Part shown: positions 1-11,731 of the stretch, piece after piece
Layout: every line of letters starts with the position of its first letter
Position numbering within the stretch: the first letter of the stretch is position 1
Assembly: GCF_009914755.1 (NCBI RefSeq)
Contig: NC_060926.1
Length of the DNA stretch: 64,000 bases
Source: the human T2T-CHM13v2.0 reference genome, Homo sapiens
Direction: 5' to 3' (one strand)
The notes under the pieces: model-generated
The model's database searches: none
The model's input: the letters and a program-made list of their open reading frames with translations, nothing else
Told to the model about the DNA's origin: nothing
Program-made: the position numbers and the translations under genes

Positions 1-639
1 TTATCTTCTTTTCTACTTTTGCCTGTATTTTGGTATTAAAGTTGTTAGTATTTAAATGTCTATAAATACTGACTTACTATGCTGAGAAGGTCACACTGCA
101 CCATCTCTCTGATGGTGGAGCTAAGAGTTTTACACTCTCCCATTTTGTACCGGGGGACAGTGCAGCTATGTGAGAACCCAGTGGCTTTACCCAGCTTATT
201 TGTCTTGCATTTTTGGTGACATGGATTGTTATTCACATTGGCTTCCTCTGGCAGGTCCACCTGGAAAGCATTATATTTAGCAAGAAAAAAGGAGGCAGTG
301 AATGATGTCACTGTGGACTGTGTATATTCCCTGTTGCAAATGTCAAATTCGTGAAGCATAAAGGGATTTACTAGAGGATATTAAATTCCTTGCAAATTGT
401 TGAAAAGCCTTAAGGAACAGGCTCCAGGCAAAGCCTCTAGAACAATTCCAAGAATGGCACTGCTGGCACAGGCTGGGGAGGAGCTCCTCCTGCCTGAGAC
501 TCCACAACATTCAAGCTGTCTCCTGCAGAAAAGAGAGCAGCTCTTCTCACTACTGCCCCCAGAAGGACAGCCGCTCTGCTATCAACTACGAGAGATCTGA
601 CCCCTTTCTCTGACTGCCCATCAGATGTGTTACTACAGA

Positions 640-2600
640 GTGCTTTTGGATTGAGATGAGGGAGGGAAAATGCCTGATCTCACTCAAATGTGCTCATTTT
701 CCTGGTCTGGGTCTCAGCCAGGCAGCACAGTCCTGTGGGCACAGTATCTTCACTTGCCAGGTTCCTATAAAATGAGAGTATCTTTCTTGACTGTGGAAAA
801 TATGGGGATGGTAAGGGTCAAGGAATAGGAAAAGGAGTACTTGGAGTTGCCTGAGCTGCCACTCTGGTTTCCCCAAATGTTTTCAATCCATTAAATTCAT
901 GATAATAAACACCTTTCTGCCTAACCAGCCATAATCGCTTTTCTTAGATCCAAATGATTCTGTGATAAAACTAAAGAGAAAAAATAAATACACTTTTCAA
1001 CGTTTAAGCTGACCAGGAGGCTGTCTCTGGTGTTTACATGTCCATATCCCACTATGCATTTCGTCTTCCCTTTGCCTCACTGGAGATCCAAGTGCAGGGA
1101 ATGCTTCATATGACTGTGATCCCTAGAACTTCATCCTCATGACTGTTGAAATCTTCTCTGAGTTTTACCAGTGGAAATGGCAATAAATAGAAAGATTCCA
1201 GAAGGTCCCCTAGGGTCCATATTTTCTGTACTTCCTCTCTAAAATATGTAAAATCAATTATATTTGCTCTTGCTTTATATGGGCTACATCTGTGTCCCCA
1301 GCACACACCCTAACGCCCTGCGTTGACAACTTATCCAGTATTGTATTAAGTCTAAATAGGCACATGTTTATCATATTATTTCTTCCAATTTAATGAGATA
1401 ATTGTCATGTCAAATCTTTGGATTAAGAACCATCAGCCAGAAAACCACAGCCCTGAGAAAATAGAAATAGAGTATTTCAAGCTGTTCAGTTTGCACAACA
1501 ATGATGATTCTATAGCTCATTTACAAGATATAAATATTCTGTTTATGGGAGTAAGAGCAACATTCACGGTGAGTGTTGTAGACCCTCCGCCACATCTGAC
1601 AGCATAGCAATTCAATAGCACAAGGGTTTGTGTGCCAGCAGTGCTTGACTAATAATGGGTTTTTTTTCTATAGGGAAAGCTGCACCTGTGCACATGACAG
1701 GATCATGAGCTACACTTTACTTCACTTTTTTTGAAGTCAATTACCTTCTTGATCCAAAGCCACAGTATGGAAGAACTTCCTGACTCTGATGAAGGCATTT
1801 GGAAAATCCTCAAATAATATTTTATGCAGTAACATAACCAAAGACAAAGGAAAATTCATATATAGGATAATAACCACTGCTCTCCTCATGTTACATGAAG
1901 TGCACTTGAATCACCTGACATCAGCTGTTAGTATGAGCCCTGATGTGTGGTAGAATGTTAGGGGCTCAGGAAGGGTCAATTTTCTTGGCAAATTAGTGTT
2001 CAAGAGAGCCAGTAGCCCTGTACATCTCAGTTAGTTGAAACTCATATTATTGAGTCCCCACAGGGACCTCCGTAACAGTGGTTCATGAGGTTACCTGGGA
2101 AAGTGGGCAAAGGTGACTGACTGAAGTCCATGTGTTCAATCATCCTCATTATGAAAAGCCCCCTGCTCATTAATGGCATTTGGATTAATATTCACTGAGA
2201 AAGCATGTTTTTCGATTATGGCTCATTTTTGAAACATCTAGTCATAGCTCTTCCAAAATGACTTTGTCTGCAATCATCCTGTTGTGTTTCTTTTAAGGCC
2301 TGATGATCTGTCAAAACCAACAACCAATATTATTAAATTGCTGTTCTCTTTGCAATGTGGCAATGTGATCATCAGATGTAGGCCTTGCAGTTTACCCACG
2401 GTTAGGATTTTTACATTTCCAGGGATTCCTTGACAATGGCACTAATGTGACGCCATCTAGCATCCATTGTTGTGAGAACTCTATTTGGAATATCATCATT
2501 GTGGGCATGAACATAATGGAGACTTTCATAGGATGCAATGATTAATATTCAACATTAGTCAAAATCTGCTGTAGTCCTACCCTTGGAGATCTACTGGTTT
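640..2600 (-). mobile_element. Ancient ERVL/MaLR-type internal remnant (present in all three units)
   Basis: Degraded retroviral-like sequence with no long ORF; assigned by resemblance only. Confidence 0.35.
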
Positions 2601-3969
2601 GGAAAAATATTTTAGGTAAGGACAACAATTTGGTAAAGTTTTAAAAATAAAGGCTAAAAAGAAATTTTCTTTAGCAAGAGTATGAACTATCTGTGGTCCA
2701 GAATACCATTTTTTTACAGATGCAAGAAAAAATTATTTAAATGTATATAATTTAGATAATAATTTTGTAAATTTGTATATATTGCATATATAATAGAATA
2801 AACATAATTAAATATGAATACTATATATACTTATAGCCAACATTTTATCAAATAAATATATATTAACTTCTATGTATCTTATATATATGCACATTTTTCC
2901 ATAAATAAGGTAAATTTTAATTTTTTAATGAAATACTAATTAGTTTTAATTTCATCTTTAATTTTCTCTTAATAACTTCATAATTTGATTACTTAATGTT
3001 CACATTTATACCACCAATTTAAGAAAAAACACATGTATCTATATATAGGCAGAGGTGTAAATACTGTATCAGTAAGCTTTTATGCATTAATGATTGATAA
3101 TCGGTTAAATATACAACTCAGTGGCTGATAACTGTAAATATTTGTTTTCATCTTCATGGATGCTCATGTTCACAATCATCTGGCTGATTAAGGAAGGGCT
3201 CAGCTGATTGATTCCTCCGCAGGGCACTGAGCTTGTCTTTAGCCTACAGATACCAATTTTCTGAGGACGAGGCTGAACAGCAGTGACTACACGTGACACA
3301 AGATTCTTGTGACAGGTCACAGGAGTGAACAACATCCCAAACCGAACTGCACAGTTGAATTTAAGTCCAATAATTTCTAACATAGCTTCACACATTTTAA
3401 ATATATTTTTTGATTTCAGTGAGTACAAATTTTCAAGAAAATGTTTACTCCAATTAATTATAGAGGTGTTTGATCATTCCATGGACAAGTAATTATGTTT
3501 TCAACCTTTACAATCCTGAAAATATTTGCAAACGTAAATTTGCATTAATAAGAAAATAAAGCTGGATGTGTTTTCAACATGTGCTTTTAAATATAATTTT
3601 TGAAATGACCTCAAAGGGGGAAAATCATTTTAACTTATGTAACTATCCCTTTTTACCTCTCTTGTGTCCTATAGAGTTGCCCAATAAGAGGTCCTCCCAT
3701 GAGATTTGGAATCAGAAAAGGATGACTCAATATTCTCCATTGGTACCTAAGGCAGACACAGGAACAGAGGTGAGGACTAGAGAAACACCTGAAAAGATGC
3801 TGTAGGAAGCTGAGAGCATCAGCACCCCCACCCCTAAGCTTCCAGACAGGACTGAGGACCACATGGTTAGAAAGCCCTTACTTCAGGGACAGATGCATTC
3901 TGTTTTCTGAGGGAGCACCAGAGATTCCTGCTTCTAATATCAGCTTTCCTGACTACTATATCCTTGGCT

Positions 3970-4926
3970 TTGAAAGGTCATAGTGGGAAAGTTAATCATA
4001 GGAATTCGGTCATTCTTGTGATACCCGACAGAGCCAAGAAACCAGGAGGGAAAGGCACTCAGGGTGAAAAATACTGTTTCTAGAATGCAATTGAAATAGG
4101 CCCTATTATCCCATGGAACTAAAGTTTATGGTTTTTTGAATAAACAGAAATCGACTCCTCCAGTCTTAAAACTCAAGATAGCAACATTTATCTTACCTTT
4201 CTTTTTTTTTTTTTTTTTTTTTTAAATTTCAGGAAAGCAACCATCAGGCCTCCCAGATACTATCAATTTGCTGAAACTTATATATCACTGAATCGGGACA
4301 GTGAGACATCAGACCCTTCACCCATTATGATTGCCTAACTGACCTCCTGCTTCCTGTTGACCCAATTATCTTTCTTAACCCTCCCTAACTCCTGTTTTTC
4401 CACATTTCTTCCTTGTTATATAAACCCCTAATTTCAGTTGGTCAGAGAGATACATTTGAGAATGGCATCCCATCTCCTCAGCTGCAGCACCTGATTAAAG
4501 CCTGTTCCTTGAAAATACTTGTCTTAGTGATTGGCTTTCTGTGTGACGAGCTGCAGGATCTACACCGAATCCCTGGCATTTCAGTAACAAAATTCTCTGC
4601 AAGCTTCACCGTTTTGGTTTATTGTAACCTGAAATCAAATTTATCCAAAACTTCTGAGATAACTTGATATAATTCTAGGATTCACTTTGTCCACCACTGC
4701 TTACCAGTCTGAGCTTGCCAGCTCCCAACCCTTCCTAGTGCCAATGAGCTTTCTCAAAAGAGCCATAGGTAACATTTTCCCTTTTTCATAAAATGCTAAA
4801 TTTCTCTTTGTTCTTCCAACATATTGAAGACCACTGAGTTTTCCTGTATGCCCCATTTGGCAAATATTTCTTTGCAAATAAAACATTAAATTTAGAGATT
4901 CATCTCTACATTTTATTTAGACTTCA
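3970..4926 (+). mobile_element. Nested ERV1-class solo LTRs (inner MER39-like LTR about 4086-4589 inside an older LTR); also at about 30110-31060 and 47700-48630
   Basis: Inner element has TATATAA, ATTAAA and ends ...CAGTAACA. Outer element resumes with AATTCTCTGCAAGC and ends AATAAA...CTTCA. Family names from recall. Confidence 0.6.
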
Positions 4927-5253
4927 GTAGTTTACTCTAATTCTCTGTATTAAGACTATATCTGCTTCAAATATCTATAGTGGCTTCTTCTCTGTTATAC
5001 GAATTCCAACTGAAGCCATAAACTAGACTCTTCAGGTGTCATGATCTCTGTCTTTATTAAATCAAGAGAGGCATTGCTAGAACTGTGCAGTTGGGGCTGA
5101 GAAAGAGAAAAGAATTAGGGTGCAGAGGTGACTTCGTGTCCCCCTCTACCAACACCATCAGAGTGTGGCTGCATCTGAGGAACAATCTCAGCCAATGGAG
5201 GCATCAGGAGGAGCAGCTGGGGCAGCCCAGTCTCACACATCTGCTTCCCTGGG

Positions 5254-5281
5254 GGTTTCTGTTCGGGTGTGTAACACTGTG
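5254..5281 (-). other. 12-RSS of IGKV1-6
   Basis: Minus strand: CACAGTG + TTACACACCCGA (12) + ACAGAAACC (one mismatch to ACAAAAACC). Confidence 0.97.
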
Positions 5282-5760
5282 GGAGGGTAATTGTAATCTT
5301 GTAGACAGTAATAAGTTGCAAAATCTTCAGGCTGCAGGCTGCTGATGGTGAGAGTGAAATCTGTGCCAGATCCACTGCCGCTGAACCTTGATGGGACCCC
5401 ACTTTGTAAACTGGATGCAGCATAGATCAGGAGCTTAGGGGCTTTCCCTGGTTTCTGCTGATACCAGCCTAAATCATTTCTAATGCCCTGACTTGCCCGG
5501 CAAGTGATGGTGACTCTGTCTCCTACAGATGCAGACAGGGAGGATGGAGACTGGGTCATCTGGATGGCACATCTGGCACCTGAGATTGGAAACACAAAAA
5601 CAAATGGTCCACACAATTAATCATGTAGTAAGAGAATTTCCCTGAATAGCCAGGCTGTGCTGAGCACCCTGGGCTGAGTAAACTGCCAGTGTTCTCCATC
5701 CTTACCTGGGAGCCAGAGCAGCAGGAGCCCCAGGAGCTGAGCGGGGACCCTCATGTCCAT
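5282..5760 (-). CDS. IGKV1-6: Ig kappa variable gene segment, VK1 family, apparently functional. Leader exon 5760-5706, intron 5705-5580, V exon 5579-5282, mature V starts 5568
   Basis: Leader [22 protein letters not shown] with canonical GT..AG intron. 287-nt V region [10 protein letters not shown]...[12 protein letters not shown]...AASSLQS...CLQDYNYP with both conserved Cys and the conserved Trp. RSS follows directly. Confidence 0.97.
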
Positions 5761-5808
5761 GCTGTGTCCTGAGTGGGTCTGACTCCTGCACAGGGTGTGA
5801 TCAGCCTG

Positions 5809-5889
5809 TTAATAAGTCTTCAGGTCAGGAGACTGTGCTCTGGGAACATGCAAATGAGCAGGGGAAGGGGCAGGCTGGGCACAGCTGCA
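5809..5889 (-). promoter_or_regulatory. Vk promoter of IGKV1-6 (TATA-like element, octamer, pentadecamer/E-box)
   Basis: TTATTAA at 5809-5815; ATTTGCAT at 5848-5855; TGCAGCTGTGCCCAG at 5875-5889. Confidence 0.9.
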
Positions 5890-6461
5890 GGGCTGGCTCA
5901 TCTCAGTAACTCAGCACCGGCTCAGTGTCCCCAGGTGTCCCAGGTAAGACCAGGGTAGCACAAATTTGTCTGCAGAGAATGTGTTTCTACTGGGGACTAT
6001 TTTGTTATGAGAAACATTTTAAAGATATTTTTTGACAATATTCCTCGAGAGTCAATGGGGTAATATATTTCATTGGTGTATGGGGATTATTTTGGAGAAT
6101 ATTCTTGTTTGTAGGAAACACAGTACATATTAGATGGTACGATTCTCAGGTCTTCAAAAGACTGTTATAAGATTCCATTTAGGGAAGGGGGTAATTGTGC
6201 TATACTTGAAACATTTCTGTGAGTTTAACATTGTTCCTTTCTAAAAAATTAAAAATAAAATTTATTGACATGATGCTATATATATTTGTAAGTATTAGGT
6301 AATGGTGTTATGCCATTGTTCTTACCAGTATAAGATCAAACAATTTACTACAGATACACAAAGATGATGCCGTGCTTCTTCAATGCATGTGGCACTAACA
6401 GCCCCACCATTATCAAGAGCTACAGGTCTTTTTAATACCCAGAGACTAAATGGGCTGCACC

Positions 6462-6748
6462 TGTGTAGAATTTTTGCATCCCTAACTTAAGTACTAATAG
6501 ATTGCTTTTGATTGGAAGCCTTAGCAATAAAATAAATAGTTGATTAACATGTTTTTTAATGTTATATATATTATATACTCTATTATTCCAATAAAGTATG
6601 CTAAAGAAAAAAATGTTATTAAGGAAACCATAAAATAGAGAAAATATATTTACTACTTATTAAGCATTTGCTTACAGGTGACACACACAGAACAAAATAT
6701 AAGTGTATCTGCAAATTTCAAACCCAAGTTATTCAAGGGTTAACTGTA
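6462..6748. mobile_element. Tigger-family DNA transposon fragment
   Basis: Ends TTCAAGGGTTAACTG-TA, resembling a Tigger2 terminal inverted repeat plus TA target. Confidence 0.55.
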
Positions 6749-6921
6749 CCATGATGAACGTAGCAGTCCCCATCTGTAATCTAGGGCTTTCCCCTTTGCT
6801 GTACCTCTACTCATTTCCAATGACCATATATATGTCTTATGTTCTTTATGATCTTGGGCAGAGAACTCTGCCTGGATGCATTGCTGGCCAGATGGCCTGG
6901 AATGTGTATCTCTTAGGAAAG

Positions 6922-7190
6922 TGCTATGGTTTGACTGTGTCCTCCAGAATCCATCTATTGTAAAGTTAATTCTCAGTGTAATGGTTTTTGCCAGGTGGGG
7001 CCTATTGGGATGTGTTTAGGTCATGAGGCTGGAGCCCTCTAGCGGAATACATTAATGCCACTATAAACAGGAATTACAGGGCTGAGATCTCTCTCCTGCT
7101 CCTCTGACATGTTAAGACATGGCCTTCCTTCCTTTGAAGAACTCAACGCTCCAGGCATCATCTTGAAAGCGGAGAAAGCAGACCATGTGG
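6922..7190 (+). mobile_element. MaLR (MST-like) LTR fragment
   Basis: Starts TGCTATGGTTTGACTGTGTCCTCCA; contains TTTAGGTCATGAGG. Confidence 0.65.
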
Positions 7191-7502
7191 TTGATCTTCA
7201 GTTATCCTGAGTCAGGTAGGTTGTTGATGTGTCTTTTACCATTCATTTTCTGTTCCCTCCCTCACTTTCCTCCTTTCCTCCCAGTATAAATTTGCTACCT
7301 AACAGGAATCCTTATTGCTGGTGGATCCAAACTGAGAGAGTAAAAAAGAAAAGTCATTAATCTTTTGTATGAGGGGTATTTCTCATCTGAAATCTTACCA
7401 TTTCTCTTTCTTTGATATGTACAAATATTCAGGAAGCACCTAATTTTTTTTTTTTTACCAATGTATCTTAGATTGAATTTACGCTGTGATTTTTTTTCTG
7501 TG

Positions 7503-8359
7503 TGTTAAAACAAAAAATCAAGTTGTAAGCCACCAACCTACTCAATGGGCTTCTCTTTTGGCAGAGAGAACGTCAAAGAAATCTGAAAAACTAGGTTAGG
7601 CCATGACTGGCAGGTGGGTTTAGATGTAACTCATTATACTCTCCTCCCTTTGGAGTTCAGACAAAACTGACCAGTGTTATCATTACAACAGAGATCTTTA
7701 GACTGACAAATCAAATGCTTTGTAGCAATAAGATACCATACTCCAACATGACAGATAATAGGCCCTGAAGAAAATCTAAATATTGTACCCTAAAAATATT
7801 TTTTTTGATGTATTCTGAAGTGGCCCTGCAAAGCTGCCTGTTATGGGGGAAATTTGCATTCTGCAGAGCATCTCCTCCTCTTACTATGTCTTTTCCAAAG
7901 AGTTGGACATTTCTTTAAAGGTCTGATAAGCAACATTCACCATCTACTTTACTGTTACCTGCAAGGTTCATCTAAGTGACAAGAACCTTGACTTCCACAC
8001 CCCCTTATCTAAACTCAAGGATTTCTTTATGATGAATTCAACTCTTTAGGCAGAGCTTAACTCTTTCAACCAGTTGCCAATCAGGAAAACTTTGAAGCCA
8101 CCTGTGACCTGGAAGCCCCTGCTTCAAGATATCCCACCTTTCCAGGACAAACTAATGTATATCTTATATGTACTGACTTAGGTCTTTCCCTGTAATTTTT
8201 GTGTCTCCCTAAAATGTATAAAACCAACGTGTAATCCAGCCACCTTGGGCACATATTTGCAGGGCCTCCTAAAGCTGTGTCACAGGCCATAAGCCTTATC
8301 TTTGGCAAAATAAACCTATACATTGATTGAGACCTGTCTCAGATACTGTTTTGTTTACA
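7503..8359 (+). mobile_element. MER4-group solo LTR
   Basis: TG...CA ends, TATAAAA, and AATAAA followed by GATTGAGACCTGTCTCAGATAC..GTTTACA. Confidence 0.7.
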
Positions 8360-8439
8360 CTGGGTCACAAAAGTTAAAAATCCTCTAAAACTCTCTACAC
8401 ATCTATAAATCTACATTAGAGACAGTGGAGTGAGTATAC

Positions 8440-9963
8440 CTCAACTCAAGTCATACTTTGAGTTTAAGAACCAGACAGATTTTCAGGTACTTCGATAAAT
8501 GAGGAGACATTTGGAATAGGGTCCTTAGCCCAGAGCTAAGGTCAGGCTGGCAGTGCCTGAGCGCTTCCAGGCCCTGGCCCTGGTCTGTGGAGGAAGCCAC
8601 TGTTCTCCTGAGCCACAGGGCTGAGAACCTGGGATGAGCCACAGGCCTTGGCCGCAGGGCTGCCTGGCAGGGTCTTCAGGGAGGGAAACTGCTCACAAAT
8701 TCGCGGGAGCTGCATTAAGCATATATCCCCCCAGCCTGGCAAGAGTGAAAGTCTCAGGACACAGACCTTAGGGCTGGGGCTGGGATCCTGGGCTGGCTGC
8801 TGTCAGCTGTGTCCTCCCTTGTCCTGAATGACTGGGACCCTGCTGGAGCCAAAGAGGGAGGGTCAGCAAATGTCCTCAAGGTCTTCACTCAGCCAGACTC
8901 TGTTCTGCTTGGAAAGAAAAGGAACACATGCTACAAAAATAAACATAAAATTATGTGTATTTGTAATATGAATTTCTAGTATAAACTTTACATATTAAAT
9001 ACATACATTTTAGAAATAAGTTATATTTATATATTTGTATATACTATGTATCTGTGGATAAATATGTGATGCATGTTTATGTATAAAGAGATGCAAGTTT
9101 CATTGCTAGTATAAGGTATAGTTTTAAACTTTAATAAATTGAACGTGAACATTGAAAACAAGCACTGGGTGCACCACCTCATGGCCCCTCCTCACTCCAG
9201 GGCCTGAGGGTCATAAAGCTCGGGACTCTCTTCCATGTGCCCCCTGGGCCGATAGCAGTGAGCTACCCATTGCTGAGGATCATGAGTGACCTGAGGGGGA
9301 TCTGCAGAATCACAGGGCAGCAGATGCCCAGGAGATGGATAGTGAATTTGGACCCTGAATGGAGGGACGTTTTGTCCACAGGGCTCAGCACAGACAAGTC
9401 CTTTTCTGGTCATTTCTGTCAAGCAAAGCAGCACACATGGCTCAGAGGCTGCATGGTCAGAGGAATAAGCCCCTCCATGGCTCATTCCCAGCTTCCCCTC
9501 TGACTGGGGTGATGTGGGATCTCTCTGCCCAGCTTTCATGACTGACCAGCTGCTGGGACCCTGTTAACAATGGCCTATGTCAGTGCCATGCACAAGCTTC
9601 TTGATAGTTACCATTTTACTTTCTGGTCTCCAATAACCACAAATTGCCAACCATGACCGTTTCACAAAGATTCATGGAGAGGGGTCAGAATTATGGGTTG
9701 AGCAACGTGCCGGGGCATGTATGTAAGAGAAACAAGGTGTGGCCAGCCCATGTGGAAGTGAGGATGAATTTTCATCATGAATTCAGAGAAGGAGGTGGGA
9801 GAAAGCATCTGACATGCTTCAGGCAGTGATGGCCACAAGATACATTAGAGATGTTCATAGAAGAGGTGGCAAGTGGGTTTGAGATGAAAAGGGAATGTGA
9901 ATTCAGAGGTGTCCCCCAGCCTGTTCCCCTGAGAAGATTTCAGACCCTTAGCAACCCCTGGGC
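8440..9963. repeat. Duplicated block, paralog at about 35625-37133
   Basis: Near-identical sequence visible by eye, e.g. GGAGACATTTGGAATAGGGTCCTTAGCCCAG. Confidence 0.85.
8670..9236 (-). pseudogene. Possible highly decayed Vk relic, copy 1
   Basis: TGG CTC CAG CAG (8851), GGATCCCAGCC, TTC ACT CTT GCC and TGT GAG CAG (8697) fall at near-canonical spacing (W to C 154 nt vs 159). Leader-like ATGGAA...GTGAGG at 9236-9191. Confidence 0.45.
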
Positions 9964-9974
9964 CCCCAGGTAGA

Positions 9975-10510
9975 GCTGTTGCTAGGGAAGATTTGTACAT
10001 GATAGGGGACAGGAAGAGGGATCACCTACCTCTGAAGGCATCTTGGTTGGTAGTGGCCAGAGTGACATCTGTTCAGGCCCATTATTATCCCTGACCCAGG
10101 CAGGGATCATGTCCAGGAGGGCAGTAGGAGCCAGCAGGAGCTCAGAGCCATGCCCCAGTTCTGCTGGTGCCAGGCTAGGATGTTCTTCATACTCTGGCCA
10201 GCCCTGCAGGTGACAGTGACCCTCTAACCTGAGAGACAAGGAAGAGGATGAAGATGGCATCCACATAACATGCTCACTGTCATCCAAGTGGGGGAACAAG
10301 CATGCAGATTCCCAAATATTAATACCAAGCTTTTATTTCATCCAACTTGATGAAATTCTGATCAGAAGGAGAAACAGTCTAACAAATTCATCATCAAGGA
10401 AAGTTCATGTTTAATACAAACTATCTGAGGCTGAAACCTGACTTCCCCTTCCTCACCAGGCAGTCAGGACAGCAGGAGCAAAAGGAGAAAAGCTGGGTCC
10501 CAAAGTCCAC
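9975..10510 (-). pseudogene. Degenerate Vk relic with a leader-exon remnant
   Basis: RVTVTC-RAGQSMKNILA-WHQQN (Cys 10208, Trp 10172, 11-residue CDR1), then ELLL...IPAW...TDVTLAT. Leader-like exon 10510-10457 ends CCTG|GTGAGG. Confidence 0.75.
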
Positions 10511-11731
10511 AAGGTGACTCCTGGGGCTGATCCTGCTCAGAGAACGTGGCAACAGTGGATAAGTCTGCCGAGAATGCCACACCATCATACTCTGAGCTGG
10601 AGGGCTTCAACCACAGACATTTATTGCTAATTTATTAGACATTTATTGCGAATATATTAGAACCATGGAAGGTTCAAGATCAAAGTCCAGAAGGATTTGC
10701 TTTCTGGTGAGAACCCTGTTTGTTTCCAGATGTCCTCTCTGGATACATCCTCATGTGTGTTCAGCAATGTGCCAGGCATGTGTAAGAGAAGCAAGTGCAT
10801 GCTTTACTCAGTACACGCTTGGAGGCTGGTGAGGGGTTCAGTAACAGCTCAATGATATTTCTTTTTATTAGGACACAAATCCTATTAAATCAGAACCCCG
10901 ATGTTTTCACCTCATTTCACCCTAATTACCTCTTCATAACCTCTATGTCTAAATGCAGTAATATTGGAGGTTGGAGATTCAAAATATGAATTTGTGAAAC
11001 ACCATTCAGTTCATAGCAGGTGCACTTTGAGGATATGGCCAAGGCAGTAGGAAGGGCAAGGCAAGGCTTCCAGTCTCAGAGCACAGAGGGCATTTTCCCA
11101 CCACTCAGCACACTGGCAGCTCCTCCCAGGTGATCCAGGTCACACATGAGACCCCATTCCTGCCTTGGGGGCTGCCTGCTGATAATGAAACAACATCACC
11201 CTTAATTTCACTATTTCTAAGATCAGGCTTCTATTTTGTGTTTATTATGGGGTTTGTCCAATGGCCAGGTTTGTGACATACCACCCAATGGCAGGTTTGT
11301 GACATAACATCTTATAGAATTTTAGATGCTGGTTTCCAGTGAGACTTGATGGAGTTTTTTCATGGGTTTTCATGGAGTTGATCTTATTACATCCATCAAT
11401 AGGCTGCATTCTGTAGGGAATACAAAACGATTCCTCTCCTCAATAAACCAGTCACCTAGTTGAAGATAAAGAGTTGAGAAAAGATGGTCACAAAACAATC
11501 AGGTGTTAAATTCTGTGATCCATGTGAGATGCCAACAATGTGGTTCTGGGAAAGAGAGAGTGAGGTTGTGAGGGGCCCTGCAGAGCACAATGTCCAGGGC
11601 TAGGGTCGGGAGTAGAGGGCCCCTGGTCTGGATCTGTCTACTCAGCTTCATTCCTCCCATTGTTGAAACAGTGGCTGCACCAGCCAGCAAGCATCTGAGA
11701 CCACCTGATTCTCTGGACTAACAGCTGCTGA

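Larger units (their letters stand above)
1..6450. repeat. IGKV1 duplication unit A (contains IGKV1-6)
   Basis: Colinear with about 25620-32595 and 42895-50240; the same non-coding sequence and chance ORFs (for example MLHEFDICNRE) recur. Confidence 0.9.

Noticed and set aside
60-600. Recurrent ORFs MLHEFDICNRE... and MLKSLKEQAPG...
   Set aside because: They recur because of segmental duplication; stops and frames differ between copies.
3105-3383. 92-aa minus-strand ORF (MLEIIGLKFNCAV...) open in all three units (also 29241-29519 and 46831-47109)
   Set aside because: About 16 of 92 residues differ between copies A and B, often non-conservatively, as expected for neutral duplicates. It has no recognisable domain. 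A dN/dS well below 1 would be needed to revive it.
3655-3770. Pyrimidine tract + AG followed by CTC CAT TGG TAC CTA (LHWYL-like) on the + strand
   Set aside because: A single short motif with no other V landmarks at the correct spacing.
5085-5423. ORFs overlapping the V exons (MQLGLRKRK..., [10 protein letters not shown]...)
   Set aside because: These are alternative-frame or antisense shadows of the V exon and its GC-rich flank.
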